Below, piece after piece: positions 1 to 12,094 of a stretch of 43,761 nucleotides of DNA. A program made the position numbers and the translations under genes. Numbering within the stretch: position 1 is the first letter of the stretch; each line of letters starts with the position of its first letter. Source of the stretch: Macrostomum lignano (taxonomy: Eukaryota); the NCBI GenBank assembly GCA_002269645.1, contig NIVC01004506.1, positions 1 to 43,761 on the forward strand. The letters are read 5' to 3'. Below the pieces are notes generated by a model. It had not been told where the DNA came from. It searched no databases and saw only the letters and a list, made by a program, of their open reading frames with translations.

Positions 1-411
1 CGCGCTAGACGGGTCCGAGCTTAAATAGCATAGTAGACACCGCCGAAAAAGAGAAATAGTATGGAATGGATGAATGACAATGGGCGGCGGAGGCGAGCAC
101 AATTAAGTGAGTTGTGCAGATGCTTATTAACTCAGGACTGTGCTTGGCTGGTCAGTAGCGCACACTCTCTAGCTCATTTTCTTTCCATCTCTTTCCTCTG
201 TTCTTCGAGTCTTCTTTAGTCAAAGTGTTTCAATGGACTAGCATGTACAGTAAAGTGGCCATGCCTGAGCTGACCTGAGCACCTGCTCATGTGGTACTCA
301 TCGTACTCAGCGTAGACAAGCAGTTTTTTCGGCTTTTTAGAAAGCCGTAAGAATTTTTTTATAAAAAAACGTCAAGTCAACATGCAATCGTCATCGGGGC
401 CCAATTTTCAG

Positions 412-531
412 TACGTTGAGCGAGAAGTCGATCAGGCAGTGCTGGAGCTTCGCCGAGCCCGCGACGCCATGCAGACGGAGCCATCGGAGAAAACACGAGA
501 CAGCCTGCAACTGCTGGAGAACCGAGTGCCG
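412..531 (+). CDS. TTN: Titin-like exon (phase 0-0), helical segment YVEREVDQAVLELRRARDAMQ...ENRVP
   Basis: ttttcag acceptor ending 411, 40 open codons, donor G|GTACGG at 532; joins in frame to 1206. Confidence 0.75.
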
Positions 532-563
532 GTACGGTTGCTGATCTACGCCTAGAGTTATGT

Positions 564-1103
564 AGAACAGAACAGAACAGAACAGAACAGAACAGAACAG
601 AACAGAGCAGAACAGAACAGAACAGAACAGAGCAGAACAGAACAGAACAGAACAGAGCAGAACAGAACAGAACAGAACAGAGCAGAACAGAACAGAACAG
701 AACAGAACAGAACAGAACAGAACAGAACAGAACAGAACAGAACAGAACAGAACAGAACAGAACAGAACAGAACAGAACAGAACAGAACAGAACAGAACAG
801 AACAGAACAGAACAGAACAGAACAGAACAGAACAGAACAGAACAGAACAGAGCAGAACAGAACAGAACAGAACAGAGCAGAACAGAACAGAACAGAACAG
901 AACAGAACAGAACAGAACAGAACAGAACAGAACAGAACCGAGCAGAACAGAACAGAACGGAGCAGAACAGAACAGAACGGAGCAGAACAGAACAGAACAG
1001 AACAGAACAGAACAGAACAGAACAGAACAGAACAGAACAGAACAGAACAGAACAGAACAGAACAGAACAGAACAGAACAGAACAGAGCAGAACAGAACAG
1101 AAC
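564..1103. repeat. (AGAAC)n microsatellite with sporadic AGAGC variants, intronic
   Basis: About 108 direct pentamer copies visible in the sequence. Confidence 0.98.
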
Positions 1104-1205
1104 CGACCAGATCATGGTCTCAATGGTCTCAATTCCATGGTGTCAATTGAATTTCTAATAAATTTTCGGACTTTTAGCAAAACTAACGAAAATTGTGAAT
1201 TTCAG

Positions 1206-3781
1206 TATCTAAAAGATCAAGTCCGAGCATCCACTGAGCGTTCGGAGAGCCAGGTGACCATGGAGCGGGCCAATCAGTTAAAGAAAAAGTGGAGCCACTT
1301 TCTCATTGACTTGCAAGAGTTCCGCACCCAAGTCGATCTCAATCTCAGCTTCCGCGACTCGTCGAAAAAGGTTGAGACGCACATCAGTGAGCTTTGGTTC
1401 TTCCTGAAAAGTAAGCGTCAGCAGCTGGATCAGTCTCAAGATCCGATTGTTTTCGATCGTATTGAGAAGGAGCTGCAGGACCGGCTGAATACGGTGCCGC
1501 AGGAAATCGATCAGGAACTGAGAAACCTTAGCGAGTTGTCTTTCCAGCTGTATGGCTCCGCTGGACCGCAGCGGGTGCATCCGCTCACTGTGAAGGCCCA
1601 GGACTCTATCGGTGCGCTCAAGTCGCTGGATGACGAGTGCGTACAGAAGAACGAACACAGGCGCCAGTCGCAGGGTCCGCTTCAGGCGCCGGTCATCACT
1701 CAGCCGCTGCGCAACATCCAAGTAGAGGAGGGCTGCCCAGTTACACTCGAGGTGGCCTACAAGGAAGATTCTCGCTGCCAGACCGCCAGTCCGCAGTGGT
1801 TCAAAGACGGTATCACAGTTGACAGTCCTGACTACAAGACGCGTGCCTATCCGGGCCACGCCACCCTCACCATTGACGAGACATTTGCTGATGACTCAGC
1901 CAAGTACACGTGCAAGGTGAGCAACCCCGCTGGCGCAGATGAAACTAGTGCCTACCTCAGCGTAGTCGAGACGCACCGAACTTTGGAACCGCCGGACTTT
2001 ACCAAGCAACTTCGATCTGTGGATGTTCTTGAGGGAGAACCGCTAACGCTTGAGTGTCACGTGATTGGCGAGCCGTTTCCAAAGGTTCGCTGGTTTCGGA
2101 ACGACATCAACCTGGACGCGTCGCCGGAGTACGTCATTACGCTAATTAACGGAGTATGCACGTTAAAGGCGCGCAGCATGCAGACAATACACGCGGGCCG
2201 GTATCTGTGCAAAGCAACGTCATCTGCTGGATCTGCATCTACAACTTGTCTAGTTGGCATCAAACAACTTCAACGCCCTGTCATCCTGCAGCAACTTCCG
2301 TCAACTGCCGTCGATGTTGGAGTTCCAGTGCGTTTGGAGACCAAGTTTGAGGCGATGCCGCCGCCTGAAGTATCTTGGCTGAAAGACGGTGTCCCAGTGT
2401 TTGACTCGCCGGGTCGCAAAATCAATATCGGAGCCAACGCAACCAGCCTATCGATAGACCGTGCCGAGCCCAGAGACCAGGGTCGCTATTCAGTGTCCGT
2501 GAGGAATCCGGCCGGACAGGCCCAAACTAGCGGCACTCTAAACGTCAGCGGACCCGAAGATCTCCACCGGCCAAGCCAGATGAAGAGACAGGCCCAGCCT
2601 CAGCTGGACGATTGGCAGCAGCCAAAGCTTGCGAAAAAGCAAAACTCTAAACCAGTATTTGTATCGCCTCTAAAGGATGTTACAGTGCCAGAAGGAGCGC
2701 CCGTGCGCCTTGATTGCTCCGTCACTGGTGTTCCTGATCCTTCTGTTGAGTGGTTTAAATCAGGCCGCTCTATAATGGAATCATCTGACTATAAATTTTC
2801 TATTGAAGGCGACAAGGTGGTCTTGACAATACCGGAGGCCTTTTCAAATGACACGGCCGAGTACATGATCCGCGCGTTCAACGATTTCGGCTCCGCTGAG
2901 AGTCGCTGCAAAGTGAGGGTTCTGCCACCGATCACAAACGAATCAGCGCCCGTCGACGAATCTGTGGCGCCGACAAGAGCGAAAAAGCCGCAGCGAGAGC
3001 TCCGCATGCCACGAGATGAAGGCGCACCACCCGAATTTGTTCGCAAGCTGGCCGGTCAAAACTGCAGCGAGGGCGAGCCCTTGGAGATGTCAGTGCAAAT
3101 CACGGGAAGCCCAGTGCCACAGGTGGTTTGGTTCAAGGATGGCAAGAAAATCGAACCATCGCCGGACTTCATTCTCGGAAACGACGGTGAGACAAGCTTC
3201 ATGAAAATACCGGAAGTCTTTCAAGAGGACTCTGGTCGCTACGAAGTCGTCGCCACTAATCCGCACGGCACAGCTAAGTCTGGCGCAAACCTGCGCGTCA
3301 GACCGTTGTCAACTGAGGGAATTAAGATCTCTCCGCAGATGTACGTGAATCAGTCGGCCCAGCAACCACCAGAATTTACTAAACTGTTCCGCGATCAGAC
3401 GGCTAAAACATCAGAACCAATCACCATCTCATGCGAAGTAACCGGCATTCCGGAGCCCATTGTCCGCTGGACATTCAACGGTCAGCCAGTTAAGCCAAGC
3501 CAAGCACGCATAACAGTGCAGGGCAATAAGCATAGCCTGAGCATTCCCTCTATCGATAGCAGCCACGCCGGCAGGTACGCAGCCACAGCGGAAAATCCTC
3601 ACGGTCGAGCCACCTGTGCCGCGCTGCTTGTAGTGGAGGATGCAAAGGAAAATCGTTACTTTCCAAGGACTACCTACGAGACTGCCACCCACGTGATTAG
3701 CAAAAAGTATTCAGCTTCAGCGGAACACCTGCAGCAGATGCGAGTTGTGCCCGCGATTCCATGGCGACCGGCCAGTCCAAG
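1206..3781 (+). CDS. TTN: Titin-like exon: spectrin-like helical region followed by 6 I-set Ig domains
   Basis: ORF 1137..3785; acceptor tttcag ending 1205, donor AG|GTAAAT at 3782 (phase 2). Confidence 0.92.
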
Positions 3782-3878
3782 GTAAATCAAAGGGTATTTT
3801 ACAACTTTTACATTTAACTGCCCTTAAATGTTTAATTATTTTAACATTTTATTCACATACATCCGCTCGATTCCGCAG

Positions 3879-6475
3879 GTCGCATTCATCCTACTACAAG
3901 ACAGAACTGACTGGAAGCACTTTTGCTCCCGTCGACCTGACATTCAGCATGCCGATTCCGCCTGAGTTTATCCAGCCAATCAAGTCTGTGACTGCTAAAG
4001 AAGGGGCGAGGGTTGAATTCGACGGATTCCTAGTTGGCAAGCCGGAGCCCACTGTTCGATGGTTCCGCGGTGGCCGAGAGTTGCACGACAGTCCCGACTT
4101 TGAAATCAAGTTCAAGGACGGTCGGGTTACCCTATCAATACCAGAAGCATTCCCGGAAGATCAGGGAACCTACACCTGCGAGGCGTCGAACAAGGGAGGG
4201 CAGACGTCTTCTTCGGCTGAACTAGTCATTCGCGCCAGGACTCTCGCTCCTGTTTTCCTAAAAGGACTCGAGAGCCAGCAGGTTTTCGAGGGCCAACCTG
4301 TTCACTTCGTTGTGAAGGTCGGGGGTGACGATTCAACACGAGTGTCTTGGTACCGAGACGGCAGCAAAATTGAGAGTTCACCAGACTTCACAATCGAGCA
4401 GATAGGCGACCTTCACACGCTGAAGATTCCGGAGTGCTTCACTGAAGACAGCGGCCGTTACACAGTGACGGCAACTAATGAAAGCGGAGAGGTTGTGTCA
4501 TCGGCCACTCTCACTGTTAAGGAAGTGACGGGAACTGCCGAGGGACCTCCCGTAACAAAGCGAAAGAAAACTACCGGACTAGAATACCAGTATCAAACCG
4601 ACCATCCACAGTATCCTGTCGCACCAAAGGTGGCCGAGGAGTCTGTTTCGATAGCCACTATCCAACCAGCAGCTCAGCGACCCCAACAGCTGCCACCGAG
4701 ATTCACGCAACGTCTTATGCCGGCCTATTCGGCTAATGAGGGTGACAAGCTTACCCTTAATGTTCAATTCGAGGGCAAGCCTGCACCATCTGTGAGTTGG
4801 TTCAAGAATGGAGCTGCAATTTTAGAATCATCTGACTACACCGTTGTTACCAGCGAGTTCGAATCTCGACTAACAATTCCGGAAGTCTTCCCCGAAGACT
4901 CGGGCAGCTATGCGTGCTCAGTTGAAAACCCTGCTGGCAGCGATGCTTGCGAGTCTAGCTTAGCTGTTCAGCCAAAGCCGCCTTCACAGGAGCCGCCGAC
5001 TTTTGTGCGACCTCTTCGTCCAGCGCACCTGCATACTGGAGAGCGGGCAAATTTCCAGGTAGAATTTACTGGCAAGCCAAGACCAAGCGTCGAGTGGTAC
5101 CTTAGCGGCCGTCAGTTACACAACTCCCCGGCCTGTCAAATTGGCGTTGTTGGACAGAAATCAACACTTGAGATACCCAGAATCGACGAGTCATTTGCTG
5201 GGTTGCTGGAGTGCATTTTGCATAATCCGGCGGGTTCACGGTCTACTGAAGCCCCAATCACCGTTGAGCCCTCAGAGATTCCAGCTAAGTTTACACAGCG
5301 CCTGGCTCCTGAATACAGCAAGCTAGAAGGTGACAGCCTGCGCATGACAGTTCGCTTTACTGGCGATCCAGCACCTTCGATTTCCTGGTTCAAGGATGGC
5401 CAGCCCCTGGAGAGCTCACCGGACATTCAGGTGCAAATTGGCCGGGGAGAGTCGAGCATTTTCATTCCCGAAGCTTTCGCCGAGGATTCTGGAGAGTTCT
5501 CCTGCACAGTGGAGAACTCCACTGGACGGGAGACTTGCGTGGCCGAGCTGAACGTGCTCGATGCGGCCAGGCCAGACGAGACTGCACCCGCTGAGGAGCA
5601 GCCCAGGTTCACTAAGAAGCTTTTCCCGATCAGTGTAGACGAAGGCCAAAGAGCTGTCTTCGAGGTTACAGTCGCGGGCAATCCGGCACCAACTGTCGCC
5701 TGGTACAAGGATGGAGTCCGCGTCAGCAGTTCAAGCGACGCCGATGGTCGACGCATTCAAGTTAGTCAAACAGGCGGCACTGCTACCCTAGTCATCAGCT
5801 CGGCTGTGGAGTCAGATAGCGGCGTAGTTGCCTGCGTAGCTGAGAATCCTCTTGGCCGGGAGACTACCGATGTATCGCTGCGTGTAAACCCTGCAATGCG
5901 CCCACCGAGATTCCTTGGCGGCCTCGAGCCTCAACTGTCCGCCAACACCGGCGAGGACGTTGTTCTTAGCGTTCGCTTCGACGGCCGGCCAGTGCCGCGC
6001 GTTACCTGGCTGCGAAATGGTGCACCGATTCCGGAAGGCCCACACGCTCGCATGGAGGAGTTCGGCAATCAAGCGACAATCATGCTGACTGCATGCCAGC
6101 CTGAGCAGAGCGGTCTCATTGCCTGCGTTCTGCACAATCCTGCCGGTACCGAACGCTGCGAGTCCCTTCTAACTGTTAAACCTAAGCAGGTGGTTCCGAC
6201 TTTCAAGCGGCGTCTGCAGCCAGTCAGCATCAAGGAGGGCGAAAAAGCCATTTTTATCGTAGAGGTCGCGGGCGAGCCAAAACCTGAAGTGCTTTGGAAG
6301 CGCGAGAACCTGCCGATAGAAAGCTCTACAGATTTTCAAATAGCCGCTGTTGGCACTGTGCACTCGCTGACTATACCGGAGTGCTTCCCAGAGGACGCTG
6401 GACTGTTTGCCTGCCAAATCAAGAATGCCGCGGGATCCGACTCCTGCACTGCGCATCTAACTGTCGAACCAAAAC
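3879..6475 (+). CDS. TTN: Titin-like exon: 8 I-set Ig domains, the first two resembling titin Z1-Z2
   Basis: ORF 3745..6711; acceptor ccgcag ending 3878, donor C|GTATGT at 6476. Confidence 0.93.
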
Positions 6476-6566
6476 GTATGTATCAGATGTTTATTGTTTT
6501 TCTGTCATTCACTGTAACACTCTACAGTAATGCATCTAGTTTTTGCTATCTCTCAAATTACTTCAG

Positions 6567-6869
6567 CCGAGATGAAACAACAGAAGCCGCAACTGCTGAA
6601 GCCTCCGCGGAATGTCACTGTCGACGAAGGCCAACCGGCAGCTTTCGTTGCCGAGTTCAGCGGCACGCCAGAGCCGCAGGCCGTCTGGCTTCGAGAGGGC
6701 GCGCCAATTGAGGCGTCGCCAGATTTTTTGATTGAAGCGCCTCGACCCGGCTGCAGCGTGTTGCGCATCCCAGAGTGCTTCTCTGAAGACGCCGGAGCCT
6801 TCCAGCTGGCCCTGCAGAATAGCGAGGGCCGAACAGTGTGCGATGTGACGCTTACCGTACTAGCCAAAG
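6567..6869 (+). CDS. TTN: Titin-like exon: one Ig domain
   Basis: ORF 6530..6925; cttcag acceptor, G|GTGAGA donor; 303 nt, phase 1-1. Confidence 0.9.
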
Positions 6870-6971
6870 GTGAGACTTTAGCTGTCAAAGCGTGGAATTT
6901 TTCGGCTTTTGGGTGTCTTAAATAGTATCCTGAATATACCCCCGCTTCTCCTTGCCGTCCACGATTTGCAG

Positions 6972-8697
6972 CTCCAACACCACCGCCGGCGCCGCCTCCA
7001 CCACCGCCACCGCCGCAGCAGCCGATTCTGCCAGCCGGCGCGGCTAAGCCGCAGTTCGAGCGACCCGCCCGCAATGCGTGCTTGATGGAAGGCCAGCCGA
7101 CGCAGCTGGACGCCCGCGTCTTCGGCCGGCCGGCGCCGAGTGTGCGCTGGTTGAAGAACGGTCACCCGGTGCGTGACAGCTCCCGAGTTCAGAGCAGCTA
7201 CAATGCTGACACTGGGGAAGCCGTAATCTACATCTCAATGTGCCTGCCGGAGGATGCTGGAACCTACGCCTGTCAGGCAATCAATCCCGCCGGCACTGAA
7301 TCTTGCACCGCCCAGCTGCTGGAGCCCGCCTCCTATCATGCCTGGCTGCAGACCGAGCAGGCGCGACAGGCCAAGGAGGCGGAAGTGGCCCAGAAGAGGT
7401 CGCTAGTGAGTGAACTTGAGTCCAGGTTTACTGCGCCACCAGCGGCCAGGCGCCGCTCCAGCCAGGCGAGCGCTGACGAGCCCGACACAGGCGCCGTGTC
7501 TGCGCCGTTCAATCTGAGCAGCTTCGAGCGCTCCCTGCTGTCCGGGCCAGCTTGGACCGATGATCAAGATCAGCAACTGCGACCTTCGGCTCGAATGGTG
7601 AAGCCAACATTTGTTGAACGCTTGCTAGACCAGCGGCTGAAGGAGAACACTGAGACTGTGTTCTACTGCCGAGTTTGGGGCGACCCGATGCCCCGGGTCA
7701 AGTGGTTCTGGAACGGCAAGGTTGTCAAACGCAACGAGCACGTCTGGTTTGGCCTAGACGAATACGGTATTGCTCAGCTGCGCATCCAGAGCACAAGACA
7801 TCAAGACCGCGGCTTCTACACCGCCTGCGCCTACAATCCCGTCGGCAGAGACGTCAGCTCCGCTCAATTGTCCGTCGAGACCACTGGCGAGATCGTTTTG
7901 GATAGCTATGTCAGCGAAGATACGCTGAAGGAACTGGCCCGCCTTCGCCGAGAAAAGAAGAAGGACTATGGAGAGTCTGGCATTGACGAAAAGCTCTACC
8001 GGCCGCACTTCAAGTCGGTCCCCTCCGACTGCGAAGCCCGAGAAGGCGCAGTTCTCCGTCTGGACTCAATCGTAAGCGGTCGGCCCATCCCGGAGATGCT
8101 CTGGTTCCGCGACTCTGTCAAGGTCAACGAGGATGACCTGCACAAAATAGTGATTAACGAAGAAGGCATTCACTCGCTGATATTCAACAGTCTGGTAGCG
8201 GCAGACTCCGGTGAGTACCTGTGCATCGCTCGCAACCGGGCTGGCGAGGACCGGTTCCAGGTATGCGTCAACGTCAAGCCGCGAGAGCACGCCAGTGTGC
8301 CGCGATTTGTCCAGAAAATCTCTACGCTAACGGTTAACGAAGGCGAACCAGTTGAGTTCCACTGCGCTGTTGAAGGGGCGCCTCAGCCGTTGCTGTCCTG
8401 GCAAAAAGACGGCCGTATGATCAATCCGGAGCAGTGCGAGCGCTACCAGATCGCCGTGGTTGGCCTGACCACCTCATTGACTATTCCGATTGTCGAGCTG
8501 TCCGACGCGGCCTGGTTCCAGTGCACCGCGGCCAACATCGCGGGTACAGCGTGCTCCCGGGCCAAGCTGAACGTGCTGCCGGTGCTGAAGGCGCCGGAGC
8601 CCGAGCGCAAACTGGTGATCACCAAGGCCAGCAGTACGCCCCGCCGCCCGGAGCCGGAGCAGCAGCCCGAATGGATCTCCACAAGGCGCATTGACGC
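6972..8697 (+). CDS. TTN: Titin-like exon: polyproline tract plus 4 Ig domains, three of them sallimus/kettin-like
   Basis: The frame of ORF 7082..8701 extends upstream to the ttgcag acceptor (APTPPPAPPPPPPPPQQP); donor GC|GTAAGT at 8698. Confidence 0.92.
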
Positions 8698-8803
8698 GTA
8701 AGTAGCTTGCATCCAGGTACTTCTGAGGGACAGAGTACCTCGGCATTGAAACGCCAACGGTATTAAATCCTCAAACTAATACATTTACACAAACAACCAA
8801 CAG

Positions 8804-8975
8804 TACAATGGAGTCGCAGCCGCCGGCGGAGACAGAGAACTACGCCCCGACATTCACGAAGAAGCCGGCCCAGATCAAGGTTGCTCAGGGCGGCACGGCG
8901 AAGTTCATGACCCGAGTGGCTGGCAACCCGATGCCCGAAGTCACCTGGATTCTGAATGGAAATCAAATAGAGACG
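8804..8975 (+). CDS. TTN: Titin-like exon: N-terminal half of an Ig domain
   Basis: ORF 8808 frame; caacag acceptor, ACG|GTGAGT donor. Confidence 0.88.
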
Positions 8976-9114
8976 GTGAGTGAGCTTGCAGAGTTTTTAT
9001 TTGGAGATTCAAGTCGAAACTCATTAGCTACTTTGAGTAGCCATCGGAAAATTAAAGTAAATCGTGCAATTTTTTTATCAAACCTTTCAAAAAATCTACC
9101 AGTGTCCCACATTT

Positions 9115-9440
9115 AATGATAATAATAAACTCAGGAGGGCTTTGGGGCACCCTGGCGCAACGACTTCAGCGACATCGTACAACAGTCCCAGCGCTGAGGC
9201 AATTCTGCCCATTCCGCTGACTACTCAGCACATTCAATACTGTACGCAGGCACGCACTCATACACAGGCTCATGCAGGGTTTACAGCAGCCCTTTGAATT
9301 TCTAATGTACACTCTCCGAGCCTTGGGGGTTGGCCCTTCGTGTGTATGAATCGCGCAAAATCCCCGCCCGACGCACGACGGAATCGAACCAAGGGTCGTG
9401 GAGCAAGAGTCAGACGCGTTTACCTCTGCTCTGCCCCCAC
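9115..9440 (-). mobile_element. tRNA-derived SINE, copy 1
   Basis: Minus strand has a perfect pol III B-box GGTTCGATTCC (9390-9380), an A-box-like GGGCAGAGCAGAGG (9436-9423), a ~190-bp body colinear with 18511-18702 and a (TTA)n-like tail near 9115-9129. No clear target-site duplication, so the ends are approximate. Confidence 0.7.
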
Positions 9441-9744
9441 TGGAGACCCCACAAATAGAAAGCGATGTTCCGGCGAAATTTCTTTCCTTGGATCCTACTT
9501 CAGTATTCCTCAGTGTCGCGAAGAGGTACTCACGTAGTTTTATCGACCGAATTAGTCTATGGTTAAACCCAATGCAAAAATATGCGAAATCGGTTTCGAG
9601 AGAACAAAACAGTACATGTACATCGAGTGTCGCTGGTCTCCATCGATTGATAGATTCTAAATGAAATAATGGTCGATTTGGAGCTTAAAATCACTATTTG
9701 CGGTTGCAATAGCTTACCAATTTTGTCACCAAATCGCATTGCAG

Positions 9745-9928
9745 ACAAGTCGATTCCGAGTGTGGTTCGATGGCATGATGCACAACCTGGAGGTGTCTCG
9801 GGCCGAGCCCGAAGATACGGGCGTTGTTGAAGTGGTCGCTATCAACGATCTAGGCGAAGTCAGGTGCTCGACCGCGCTCACGGTGGAGCCAGCAGCTGAT
9901 TGGAGATCTCAGCTTAAGCCGCTGCAGG
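9745..9928 (+). CDS. TTN: Titin-like exon: C-terminal half of an Ig domain plus linker (DWRSQLKPLQ)
   Basis: ORF 9739 frame; ttgcag acceptor, G|GTAAGC donor; completes the Ig begun in 8804..8975. Confidence 0.88.
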
Positions 9929-10067
9929 GTAAGCTCTTGCAACTGGCTTTATTATGCTTCTCACGTCTCTCTCGCCATCTCAACTCTTCTCTCTCACTTC
10001 TCACCTTTCCCATCTCAGATCTAATATCTTATTTCTCCGATCTCACTTGTCCAATCGCATTTTTCAA

Positions 10068-10240
10068 CCTCATTTCTCCAATCTCACCTCTCCAATCTCG
10101 GCTCTCCAATCTCACCTCTCCAATCTCACCTCTTCAATCTCATCTCTTCAATCTCACCTCTACAGTCTCCCCTCTCCAATCTCACTTCTCTAGTCTAATC
10201 TCATCTCTCCAATCTCACCTATCTAATCTCACCTCTGCTA
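10068..10240. repeat. Degenerate 14-bp tandem repeat (CTCACCTCTCCAAT)
   Basis: Direct copies visible just downstream of the 9929 donor. Confidence 0.8.
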
Positions 10241-10811
10241 CCACACATTTACCGTTTCACCTCTGTAATCTTTCTGCTCCAAGCCCTCAAAGTCTACCAA
10301 ATGGTATAACATCTCAGATCTCGTATTTTAATCCAAATTTGTTCATCTATACTCATACATTTGCCACATAATAAGCAGGTCAATACTAAGCCAAAAATTG
10401 GTCAGAGCAGAAAGCTACATTCGCCCCCGGGTATTAGGGGCGTTGGATTCGTTACCACCCAAAAAGGCAGATACTCTTCAACAGCCCTAAAAAGCAGTTT
10501 TACCAAAGAATGAGCAGTGGAAGAGGAAAATATTGTTTAGGGCGTTCAGTTTACTGCGGCCTTTTTGCTGCCACACCCAGTCGGCGCTTGTCTTTTCCTC
10601 GTCTCGGAACTGCACTGTCTCTGCGATATCGAGACACGAAGAGAGAGAGAGAGAGAGAGAGCCCTCAGCATCTCAATCTGCATCGCTCTGGCCAAGATAT
10701 TGGGCGTGGTCTATGCGCCAGTGAGAGAGAGAGAGAGAGGTCAGGGTGGCATCTCTCTGCGATTGAGTCATTTATCCTACCTATCAGTCTCTGATTTTCT
10801 GCCTCTTATGT

Positions 10812-11181
10812 TCTACCTGTCCACCTTCTTACTCTCCACCTCTCCACCTGTCCATCATTCTTACTCTCCACCTGTCCATCAATTCTTACTCTCTACCTGT
10901 CCATCTTCTTACTCTCTACCTGTCCATCTTCTTACTCTCTACCTGTCCATCTTCTTACTCTCTACCTGTCCATCTTCTTTCTCTCTACCTGTCCATATTC
11001 TTACTCTCTACCTGTCCATCTTCTTACTCTCTACCTGTCCATCTTCTTTCTCTCTACCTGTCCATCTTCTTACTCTCTACCTGTCCATCTTCTTACTCTC
11101 TACCTGTCCATCTTCTTACTCTCTACCTGTCCATCTTCTTACTCTCTACCTGTCCAACTTCTCACTCTCTACCCGTCCGTC
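10812..11181. repeat. 23-bp minisatellite (CTTACTCTCTACCTGTCCATCTT), about 16 copies
   Basis: Period 23 read directly (tgtccatctt at 10921 and 10944). Confidence 0.95.
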
Positions 11182-11640
11182 TTCTTTGTCCCTTTTTATG
11201 ATTAACTTCCAACTTGTTGACATGCCCTAAATTTCTTCCCAGCTAAGCTGCAACATCCTCAAAGTCTATATTCCCAGTTCCAATTTCTGCTTTGTTTATC
11301 ACCTCCACAGCTGTCCAGGCATTCTGGTCTTATTTCTTGAATATCCCACGCAGTCCAACTACGTCCTGTTTTAGCAATTAGCTATCCGTCTGGACTGCTT
11401 TACCTGCTGTTAGGCCCTCTCCCTTATCCCTTATCCTTCCATGGAAATTCTCGTGGGGATTTTACTCGCGCCAGCTATTACGAGACGTTGGGAGTTAAAT
11501 TTGACAGAATTGACAGTTTAGCAACATCACCATGCTCTTGTTTCTTATAAAATATTTATGCTTTTTGGAATACTGTAAGCTAAGATGAGCCCTCAGATTC
11601 GTTCTATAAGATTCTTTGTACCATATAATAGATACACATA

Positions 11641-11818
11641 ACTTTTTTTAACAGTCAGCAAAAGTAACAGCATTGAGATGCAATACCCCACTGCAGTTAA
11701 GGAGGCATAACTTTTGATAAGTTCGTGGTATTTAGAAAATTCTTTCACTGAGTCATTTTTAAGTAAAGCCGCTATGAAATAAATTGGCGGCTGTTACTCT
11801 TTCTGACTATTAAAAAGT
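11641..11818. repeat. Imperfect ~30-bp inverted repeat pair, possible small MITE
   Basis: 11641-11671 acttttttta acagtcagca aaagtaacagc versus the reverse complement of 11790-11818, acttttta atagtcagaa agagtaacagc. Confidence 0.5.
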
Positions 11819-11885
11819 CCCCTCGAGGGACACCCCTCGTATTTTGACAAGAAAGCAGACATTGCATTGATTATACGATTTCCAA

Positions 11886-11891
11886 TTTATT
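11886..11891 (-). promoter_or_regulatory. Candidate polyadenylation signal of the nested Spred-like gene
   Basis: AATAAA on the minus strand about 200 nt downstream of the stop at 12095. Confidence 0.35.
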
Positions 11892-12094
11892 TGTGTAAAT
11901 AAAGTTGTTAGAATACTCGTACAAGTACCAGATGAATACCGCACAAAAACGCACAATATGTACCGCCAGACTACATCCGGGTAAGCCCTGTTCTGTGACA
12001 CGCAGGGGTGCTAAAGAATCTGTTCTCCCAATACGGTGCAGTTGTGGTCATTTTTTGGTAATGTCGGCCGCTGAACCTGGGGACCGGTGTTCAA

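Noticed and set aside
558-1115. 185-aa Cys-rich ORF (SVLFC)n on the minus strand
   Set aside because: Translation of the (AGAAC)n microsatellite.
1137-1205. ATG 1137 as the start of the titin-like protein
   Set aside because: A good acceptor at 1205 and an in-phase upstream exon (412-531) indicate that this segment is intronic.
9370-9437. tRNA gene
   Set aside because: A and B boxes are present but I could not build a cloverleaf with an acceptor stem; it runs into a SINE body. The same applies to 18778-18837.
9954-11230. ORFs rich in L/S/H/P; similar ORFs at 14328-14900, 15425-15753, 17257-17530 and 21261-21691
   Set aside because: All are translations of minisatellites or microsatellites.
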